From Eubacteriales bacterium (GTDB taxonomy: Bacteria > Bacillota > Clostridia > Oscillospirales > CAG-382), in assembly GCA_045643125.1 (NCBI GenBank), contig JAZUKE010000006.1, positions 1-58,716 on the forward strand: 58,716 bases of DNA, given 5' to 3'. Positions 52,232-58,716 of the stretch are shown in pieces. Within the stretch, counting starts at the first letter, position 1; each line of letters opens with the position of its first letter. Made by a program: the position numbers and the translations under genes. The notes beneath the pieces are model-generated. The model had not been told where the DNA came from. It saw only the letters and a list, made by a program, of their open reading frames with translations, and ran no database searches.

Positions 52232-53796
52232 CGATAAATGATACCATACTCACTTTCAGCGAAAAGCTGATATTCACGCTGCGCTCATTATATGAATCAA
52301 AAGGTTACAGACCGTACCGTATGAGCAAGTTCGAGGAATACGATCTGTACGCCAAGAACAAGGATTTCCTTGTGTCGGACAACGTCATCACGTTCACCGA
52401 TACCGACGGCAAACTCCTTGCGCTCAAGCCCGACGTGACGCTTTCGATAATCAAGAATTCTTCCGACGAGCCGGAAAAGCTCAATAAGGTATATTATAAC
52501 GAAAACGTGTACCGCGTTTCCAAAGGTACCGGCTCGTATAAAGAGATAATGCAGTCCGGCGTCGAGTGCTTCGGCGGACTGACGGAAAAAGACGTTTCCG
52601 ACGTCATACTGCTTGCGTGCGAAAGCCTCGGGAAAATAGAAAACGAATACGCGCTCGGCATTTCCGATATCGGACTTATCGAAAGCGTAATGGATCACCT
52701 CGGCGTGTGGAAAGAGTCACGCGGCACCGTGTATAAAGCGATAAGCGAAAAAAACGTACACGAAACGGAGCGTATCTGCAGAGAGTGCGGCATCGACGAA
52801 GAAAAGCCCGCGCTTTTCGCGTCGCTCACGTCGTTCAGAGGAAGCGTCAAGGAAGCGGAAACCAAGCTCCGCGCTCTGCTTGACGACCTCGGATGTGAAA
52901 ACAGCGGATTTTCGTCCGTCTTATCGCATCTTGCGTCAAGCCCGTTCTGCGATAAGATATTCGTCGATTTCTCCGTCATCGGAGACACGCATTATTATAA
53001 CGGCATCGTCTTCCGCGGATTCGTAAAGGGGATCCCCGATTTCGTGCTTTCCGGCGGTCAGTACGACACGCTTATGAAAAAGCTCAAACGCAATTCCAAA
53101 GCCATCGGCTTTGCCGTGTATCTCGATCTGCTTGAACGCGGTGCGTCCCCGACAGACGACGACGGATTCATCAATATCGCGCTTCCCAAAGGCAGGCTCG
53201 GCGAAAAAGTCTACGCAATGTTTGAAAAAGCGGGCTTTGAATGTCCGTCGATCCTTGAACCCAACAGAAAACTCGTATTTGAAAATAAGGAAAAGAAGCT
53301 CCGCTATTTCTGGGTGAAGCCGTCGGACGTTGCGATATACGTCGAACGCGGCGCCGCCGATATTGGAGTTGCCGGAAAGGATATACTTCTTGAATACGAG
53401 CCGGAGGTTTTCGAGCTGCTCGACCTCGGCTTCGGCGTCTGCCGTATGGCAGTCGCGGCTCCCAACGGCTTTGCCGATGACGGAGTGTCAACCTTGCGGG
53501 TGGCTACCAAGTTTTCCAATATCGCAAAGACGTTCTATCAGTCGCGCGGACGCGATATTGATATCATCCACCTCAACGGCTCGATAGAGATCGCACCTAT
53601 TCTGGGACTTTCGGACGTCATCGTGGATATCGTCGAAACGGGTGCGACGCTTCGGGAAAACGATCTTGCAGTAGTCGAAGAAATCGTCCCGATAAGCGCG
53701 CGTCTTATTGCAAACAAGGCGTCATTCGGATTCAAATTCAGACAGACGGAAAACATAGTAAACGGACTTTCAAAAATATTGGAGAACGCAAAATGA
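52228..53796 (+). CDS. hisZG: Fused HisZ (regulatory, HisRS-like) and HisG (short-form ATP phosphoribosyltransferase)
   Basis: aa 1 to about 310 are HisZ-like (RSLYESKGYRPYRMSKFEEYDLY...LALKPDVTLSI). A short linker ERGASPTDDDG follows. The rest is HisG-S-like (INIALPKGRLGEKV...GAADIGVAGKDIL...DIVETGATLREN). Single uninterrupted ORF. Confidence 0.85.
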   Translation: MTINDTILTFSEKLIFTLRSLYESKGYRPYRMSKFEEYDLYAKNKDFLVSDNVITFTDTDGKLLALKPDVTLSIIKNSSDEPEKLNKVYYNENVYRVSKGTGSYKEIMQSGVECFGGLTEKDVSDVILLACESLGKIENEYALGISDIGLIESVMDHLGVWKESRGTVYKAISEKNVHETERICRECGIDEEKPALFASLTSFRGSVKEAETKLRALLDDLGCENSGFSSVLSHLASSPFCDKIFVDFSVIGDTHYYNGIVFRGFVKGIPDFVLSGGQYDTLMKKLKRNSKAIGFAVYLDLLERGASPTDDDGFINIALPKGRLGEKVYAMFEKAGFECPSILEPNRKLVFENKEKKLRYFWVKPSDVAIYVERGAADIGVAGKDILLEYEPEVFELLDLGFGVCRMAVAAPNGFADDGVSTLRVATKFSNIAKTFYQSRGRDIDIIHLNGSIEIAPILGLSDVIVDIVETGATLRENDLAVVEEIVPISARLIANKASFGFKFRQTENIVNGLSKILENAK

Positions 53797-55076
53797 TAAA
53801 AATAATGAAATACGGCGACGTTAAGAACGAAGAAATATTTGCCCGTACCGAGCAGAGCGTGAACGTTGAGGAGATCGTTGCCGGAATAATCGAAAACGTA
53901 AAGAAAAACGGAGACACCGCGCTTTTTGAATATACAAAAAAATTCGACAAAGCCGAGCTTGAAAACATTGAAGTTTCCAAAGAGGAAATAGACGAAGCGT
54001 TCACACTCGTCGAGTCGGAATTCGTCCGCATCCTCGAGGAAGCGGCGGCGAATATCAGAAAATTCCACGAAAAGCAAAAGAGAAACAGCTTTATCATAAA
54101 CGACGAACGCGGCATCGTTATGGGGCAGAAGATAATCCCCGTTGACAAAGCAGGGCTTTATGTTCCGGGCGGGACCGCCGCATATCCTTCCACCGTGCTT
54201 ATGGACAGCATACCGGCGAAGATCGCAGGCGTGAAGACGCTCGTTATGGTAACGCCTCCGAACGCCGAAGGCAAGGTCAACCCGGTCATTCTTGCCGCCG
54301 CAAAGGTCGCCGGCATCGACAAAATATACAAGGTCGGCGGCGCCCAGGCGATAGCCGCCCTCGCATACGGCACCGAAACGATACCCAAAGTCGATAAGAT
54401 CGTAGGTCCCGGCAACGCATTCGTCGCCGAAGCGAAAAAACAGGTATTCGGCAGAGTTTCCATAGATATGATAGCAGGCCCGAGCGAAATACTCATCGTC
54501 GCCGACGGCAATACAGATCCCGCCTATGCGGCAGCCGACCTGCTTTCGCAAGCCGAACACGACAAAATGGCAAGCGCGGTGCTTGTCACCGATTCGGCGC
54601 CGCTTGCCGAAAAGGTCGCGGAAGAACTCGAAAAACAGCTTCCGCTGCTCGAAAGGGAAGACATAGCACGCGCTTCCATAGACAACAACGGCAAAATAAT
54701 CGTCGCCGATGATCTTATGCAGGCAATAGATATCGCAAACGAGATCGCTCCCGAGCATCTTGAACTTTGCGTCGATTCGCCGTTCGATTACCTCGATTCC
54801 ATACGTCACGCAGGCTCGGTATTTTTGGGCAGGAACTGCCCCGAAGCCCTCGGCGACTATCTCGCAGGCCCCAACCACACGCTCCCCACGAGCGGCAGCG
54901 CAAAATTTTCAAGCCCGCTTTCGGTCGATGATTTTATCAAAAAAACGCAGTACACCTATTTCACGTCCGAAGCTCTCGCAAATGTCGCCGACGACGTGGC
55001 GTACTTTGCGAAAAAAGAAGGACTTACCGCGCACGCGAGAAGCGCGGTCATAAGAACGGAGAAAAATAAGAAATGA
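53793..55076 (+). CDS. hisD: Histidinol dehydrogenase
   Basis: YVPGGTAAYPSTVLM, SQAEHD, GDYLAGPNHTLPT. Confidence 0.95.
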   Translation: MIKIMKYGDVKNEEIFARTEQSVNVEEIVAGIIENVKKNGDTALFEYTKKFDKAELENIEVSKEEIDEAFTLVESEFVRILEEAAANIRKFHEKQKRNSFIINDERGIVMGQKIIPVDKAGLYVPGGTAAYPSTVLMDSIPAKIAGVKTLVMVTPPNAEGKVNPVILAAAKVAGIDKIYKVGGAQAIAALAYGTETIPKVDKIVGPGNAFVAEAKKQVFGRVSIDMIAGPSEILIVADGNTDPAYAAADLLSQAEHDKMASAVLVTDSAPLAEKVAEELEKQLPLLEREDIARASIDNNGKIIVADDLMQAIDIANEIAPEHLELCVDSPFDYLDSIRHAGSVFLGRNCPEALGDYLAGPNHTLPTSGSAKFSSPLSVDDFIKKTQYTYFTSEALANVADDVAYFAKKEGLTAHARSAVIRTEKNKK

Positions 55077-56134
55077 GCGGATTTTTCAGCAGCAAATATT
55101 CTTCTCTCACGCCATACGTTCCGGGCGAACAGCCGCAGGACAGAAGCTATATCAAGCTCAACACCAACGAGTCTCCGTTTCCGCCGTCACCGCTCGCGCA
55201 GCGTCTTGCACGCGAAGAAGCGGGAAACCTTGAACTGTATTCCGATCCCGAATGCCGTTCCCTCATTTCGGCAGCCGCCGATATCATCGGTGTCGGAAAA
55301 GACGAAATACTTTTCACCAACGGCTCGGATGAGATACTCAATTTTGCGTTTATGGCGTTCTGCGACGAGTTACACCCCGCCGTCTTTCCGGATATCACCT
55401 ACGGTTTTTACAAGGTCTTTGCCGAACTGAACGGCGTGCCTTACCGCGAAATACCGTTGAGGAGCGATTTCACCGTCAATGCCGACGACTATATAAACGT
55501 CGTAGGCACGATATTCATTGCAAATCCGAACGCTCCGACGGGTATAGCACTTGAGAAGAGCGAGATCGAAAGAATTATCTCCTCCAACCCGAATAACGTC
55601 GTGGTCGTGGACGAAGCGTACGTCGATTTCGGCGGCGAAAGCTGCATCGACCTCATACACAAATACGACAACCTGCTTGTGACGCAGACGTTTTCAAAGT
55701 CGCGTTCTCTTGCGGGTGCGCGTCTCGGCTTCGGCGTCGCCGCCTCTTCGCTGATAACCGACCTCAATACCGTCAAGTATTCCACCAACCCGTACAACGT
55801 GAACAGAATGACTATGGCGGCAGGCATCGGAGCGCTCACCGATAAAGCATATTTTGAAAAAAACTGCCGTCTTATCCGCGAAGTGCGCGAAAAAACCGAA
55901 GCAAAGCTCAAAGAACTCGGCTTCACGACGACAAATTCAAGCACGAACTTCATCTTTGCGTCGCACCCGAAGATAGGCGGAAAGGAACTGTATCTCCGTC
56001 TTAAAGAAAACGGCATACTCGTGCGTCACTTCGACACACCACATCTTCGTGATTATAACCGTATCACCGTCGGCAGCGAAAGACAGATGGACGAATTTAT
56101 CTCCGTCGTAAGCAAAATCCTGGAGGAAGCGTAA
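55073..56134 (+). CDS. hisC: Histidinol-phosphate aminotransferase
   Basis: IKLNTNESPFPPSP, VVVDEAYVDFGG, TFSKSRSLAGARLG (PLP Lys). Confidence 0.9.
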   Translation: MSGFFSSKYSSLTPYVPGEQPQDRSYIKLNTNESPFPPSPLAQRLAREEAGNLELYSDPECRSLISAAADIIGVGKDEILFTNGSDEILNFAFMAFCDELHPAVFPDITYGFYKVFAELNGVPYREIPLRSDFTVNADDYINVVGTIFIANPNAPTGIALEKSEIERIISSNPNNVVVVDEAYVDFGGESCIDLIHKYDNLLVTQTFSKSRSLAGARLGFGVAASSLITDLNTVKYSTNPYNVNRMTMAAGIGALTDKAYFEKNCRLIREVREKTEAKLKELGFTTTNSSTNFIFASHPKIGGKELYLRLKENGILVRHFDTPHLRDYNRITVGSERQMDEFISVVSKILEEA

Positions 56135-56721
56135 TGAGAAAAGTCACACTTGAAAGAAAAACAGCCGAAACTGATATAAAGCTCACGCTCGACCTTGACG
56201 GAAGCGGAAAGAGCAGCATCGACACCGGCTGCGGCTTCCTTGACCATATGATGACGCTTTTTGCCTCGCACGGCAGATTCGATATCGAACTGTACTGCAA
56301 GGGCGACACTTACGTTGACTATCACCATACCGTCGAGGATATCGGCATCACTCTCGGCAAAGCGTTCAGGGAAGCTCTCGGCGAAAAACGCGGCATACGC
56401 CGCTACGGCGACAAGATACTGCCTATGGATGAAACGCTGATCCTTGCCGCAGTCGATTTTTCCGGCAGAGAATATCTCGGGTACGATCTTGAAACACCTA
56501 CCGAAAAGGTCGGCGATTTCGACACCGAACTTGTCGAGGAATTCTGGCTCGGATTCGTGCGTCAGGCTGAATGTGCGCTGCACATCCGAAAACTGGCAGG
56601 CAAAAATTCACACCATATAATCGAAGGTGCGTTCAAAGCCGTGTCACGCTGTCTGCGCGACGCCGTGAGCATAGATGAAGAATACAAAAACGAAATACCT
56701 TCGACAAAAGGAGTTCTGTAA
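56134..56721 (+). CDS. hisB: Imidazoleglycerol-phosphate dehydratase
   Basis: RKTAETDIKLTLDLDG, GFLDHMM, HHTVEDIGI, NSHHIIEGAFKA. Confidence 0.95.
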   Translation: MRKVTLERKTAETDIKLTLDLDGSGKSSIDTGCGFLDHMMTLFASHGRFDIELYCKGDTYVDYHHTVEDIGITLGKAFREALGEKRGIRRYGDKILPMDETLILAAVDFSGREYLGYDLETPTEKVGDFDTELVEEFWLGFVRQAECALHIRKLAGKNSHHIIEGAFKAVSRCLRDAVSIDEEYKNEIPSTKGVL

Positions 56722-57350
56722 TGACCGCGATAATTGATTACGGAGTCGGAAATCTGTTCTCTCTCCTTTCGTCGTTTGCGGCGATAGGCGAAGAAGCAGT
56801 CGTCACGTCGGACGAAAACGTGATAGACTCCGCCGACCGCATAATCCTGCCCGGAGTCGGTGCGTTCGGCGATGCCGCCGAAAAACTGCGTTCCTCGGGT
56901 ATGGCTGACGTGCTGAAAAAACAAAAAGAAAAAGGCAAACCCATACTCGGCATCTGCCTCGGTATGCAGCTCCTTTTTGAAAAAAGCTATGAATACGGCG
57001 AATATGACGGACTTGCGTTCATTCCGGGCGTGATAAAGCCGATATCCGATGTCGTGCCGAAAGAATACAAGATCCCACATATGGGCTGGAACAGACTTGA
57101 TTATCAGGGCGAAAAGCACCCGCTTTTCAAATACCTCGGCGACGACGAATACGTTTATTTCGTCCATTCGTATTACGCCTGCGGCTGCGGCGAATATGTT
57201 ACGGCAAACGCCGAATACGGGGAAGCGATCACCGCGTCGGTCGCCAAAGACAACGTGATGGGCTGTCAGTTCCACCCCGAAAAGAGCGGCGACACGGGGC
57301 TTGCCATACTTAAAGCGTTCTGCGAAATGAAAGAAGGAAAAATATGCTGA
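56721..57350 (+). CDS. hisH: Imidazole glycerol phosphate synthase, glutamine amidotransferase subunit
   Basis: IIDYGVGNLFSL, GICLGMQLL (Cys nucleophile), QFHPEKS. Confidence 0.95.
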   Translation: MTAIIDYGVGNLFSLLSSFAAIGEEAVVTSDENVIDSADRIILPGVGAFGDAAEKLRSSGMADVLKKQKEKGKPILGICLGMQLLFEKSYEYGEYDGLAFIPGVIKPISDVVPKEYKIPHMGWNRLDYQGEKHPLFKYLGDDEYVYFVHSYYACGCGEYVTANAEYGEAITASVAKDNVMGCQFHPEKSGDTGLAILKAFCEMKEGKIC

Positions 57351-58057
57351 TATTTCCCGCGATAGATCTGTACGAAGGACAGGCTGTCAGACTTTTCAAG
57401 GGCGACTATGCCCAAAAGACCGTTTATTCCGACGATCCCGTCAAAGTGGCGTTCGATTTCGTTTCTTCCGGAGCGACGCATATACATCTCGTCGATCTCG
57501 AGGGCGCAAAGGCAGGGACTACTCCCAATTTTGATATCGTGTGCCGCATAAAGAGCGAAACGGGACTTTTTGCCGAAATAGGCGGCGGCATCAGAGATAT
57601 GAAGGTCATCGAAAAATATCTGTCGTCGGGTATCGACAGAGTCATCCTCGGCACCGCCGCGGTGACGAGCGAAGGCTTCGTGAGTGATGCCGTAAAAGAA
57701 TACGGAGACAAGATCGCCGTCGGCATCGACATAAAAAACGGAAACGTCGCCATAAAAGGCTGGACGCAGGATTCGGGGATCGACGCTTTTGCGTTTGCCG
57801 AAAAAATGCAGGACTGCGGCGTTAAAACGCTTATCTGTACCGATATTTCAAAGGACGGCGCGATGAACGGCACAAACAGAGAACTTTATAAGGAACTTTC
57901 CGAAAAATACGATCTCGATATAACCGCGTCGGGCGGCGTTTCGTCACTCGACGACGTAAAAGCGCTCCGCTCTTTCGGTCTGTACGGAGCGATAATCGGC
58001 AAAGCATACTATACCGGCGATATTGACTTGCAAAAAGCGATAGAGGAAGCAAAATGA
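57344..58057 (+). CDS. hisA: ProFAR isomerase
   Basis: MLIFPAIDLYEGQAVRL..., HLVDLEGA, GGGIRD, GGVSSLDD. Confidence 0.95.
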   Translation: MLIFPAIDLYEGQAVRLFKGDYAQKTVYSDDPVKVAFDFVSSGATHIHLVDLEGAKAGTTPNFDIVCRIKSETGLFAEIGGGIRDMKVIEKYLSSGIDRVILGTAAVTSEGFVSDAVKEYGDKIAVGIDIKNGNVAIKGWTQDSGIDAFAFAEKMQDCGVKTLICTDISKDGAMNGTNRELYKELSEKYDLDITASGGVSSLDDVKALRSFGLYGAIIGKAYYTGDIDLQKAIEEAK

Positions 58058-58716
58058 TAACAAAAAGAATCATCCCCTGCCTTGACGTAAGAGACGGCAG
58101 GGTAGTAAAGGGAATAAATTTCACCGGACTGCGTGAGATATCGTCGCCCGTGGAGCTTGCAAAGTATTACAGCGCGAACGGAGCCGACGAGCTTGTATTT
58201 TATGACATAACCGCGTCGTCGGACGGCAGAAAGATATTTACGGATATTCTGTGCGAAACGGCGCGCAACGTCTTCATTCCGCTGACCGTCGGCGGAGGAA
58301 TAAACACCGTTGCCGATTTTGACCGTGTACTCAAATGCGGAGCCGATAAGGTAAGCGTCAATTCGGGCGCGATACGCGATCCGTCACTTATAGGCAAAGC
58401 CGCAAAGCTTTACGGCGATCAGTGCGTCGTTTTGTCGGTGGATGTAAAACGTGTGGACGGAGTGTTCCGCGTATTTGCAAAAGGCGGCAGAGAGAACACG
58501 GGACTTGACGCGATAGAGTGGATAAAGCGCGGAGTGTCCGACGGCGCGGGCGAAATAGTGCTCAATTCGATAGATACCGACGGCGTAAAAAAAGGCTTTG
58601 ACCTTGAAATGCTGAAGGCAGTCACCGAGGTCGTCGATGTCCCTGTTATAGCCTCAGGCGGCGCGGGATGTATCGCCGATTTCATCACACTGTTCAAAAC
58701 GCTTCCGAAGGTCGAT
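58054..58716 (+). CDS. hisF: Imidazole glycerol phosphate synthase cyclase subunit, C-terminus cut by window edge
   Basis: Hand translation from ATG 58054 gives MITKRIIPCLDVRDGRVVKGINF... The frame is open to the end of the window. The start overlaps the hisA stop (ATGA). Confidence 0.95.
   Translation, partial: MITKRIIPCLDVRDGRVVKGINFTGLREISSPVELAKYYSANGADELVFYDITASSDGRKIFTDILCETARNVFIPLTVGGGINTVADFDRVLKCGADKVSVNSGAIRDPSLIGKAAKLYGDQCVVLSVDVKRVDGVFRVFAKGGRENTGLDAIEWIKRGVSDGAGEIVLNSIDTDGVKKGFDLEMLKAVTEVVDVPVIASGGAGCIADFITLFKTLPKVD

Noticed and set aside
53538-54878. 446-aa minus-strand ORF
   Set aside because: Antisense to hisD and the hisZG 3' end. The his genes on the plus strand are unambiguous.
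1-58716. Search for mobile elements, prophage genes, toxin-antitoxin pairs, restriction or other defence systems, tRNA/rRNA genes
   Set aside because: I recognised no integrase, transposase, reverse transcriptase, nuclease-ATPase defence pair or tRNA-like sequence in any intergenic region. The accessory content here is envelope modification and signalling rather than defence.

Overview
58.7-kb chromosomal segment of a spore-forming Firmicute, probably Clostridia. This is inferred from ytfJ/DUF2953, remA, scpAB-dacB and the Bacillus-like yloC-remA-gmk-rpoZ-priA-def-fmt-rsmB-rlmN-prpC-prkC-rsgA order. No searches were run; all calls rest on reading the ORF translations, motifs and the DNA.

Most of the window is core:
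- 1-10 kb, minus strand: leuS (partial), rsfS, yqeK, yhbY, rluB, dacB, ytfJ, scpBA, an M50 protease and gpmI.
- 10.3-25.6 kb, plus strand: a long co-directional gene train.
- 46.4-49.8 kb, minus strand: rpmG-secE-nusG-rplKAJL.
- 51.9 kb to the end: a histidine operon, yerC-hisZG(fused)-hisDCBHAF, with hisF cut by the window edge.

Two accessory blocks stand out.
1. 25.66-34.09 kb holds a seven-gene, tightly coupled locus: two CE4 deacetylases/esterases, an MBOAT, two DHHW (AlgJ/PatB-like) ecto-enzymes, an FkbH-type HAD loader and a dedicated acyl carrier protein. I read it as a Dlt-like but DltA-less, carrier-protein-dependent envelope-polymer acylation system with an unusual, possibly glyceryl-type, donor. 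All four secreted enzymes carry polyanionic Ser/Glu linkers, two of them encoded by perfect in-frame tandem repeats. This is my best candidate for an undescribed system.
2. 34.4-38.0 kb holds a translationally coupled operon: tandem-GNAT acetyltransferase, dCache-HAMP-PP2C phosphatase and RsbW-like kinase. It has no STAS protein and no sigma factor, so it looks like a non-canonical partner-switching module.

Other points:
- a composite repeat and hairpin structure in the convergent intergenic region 34.09-34.41 kb
- a DUF5685 / Cys-string J-protein / membrane-protein triad
- a PrkC with 7-8 PASTA repeats
- a 200-nt dual-coding overlap of rluB and yhbY
- a fused hisZ-hisG
- a TrpR-like yerC coupled to the his operon
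- a SLOG / DUF3343 / cysteine-desulfurase trio

I recognised no tRNA or rRNA gene, CRISPR array, transposase, integrase or recognisable defence gene.
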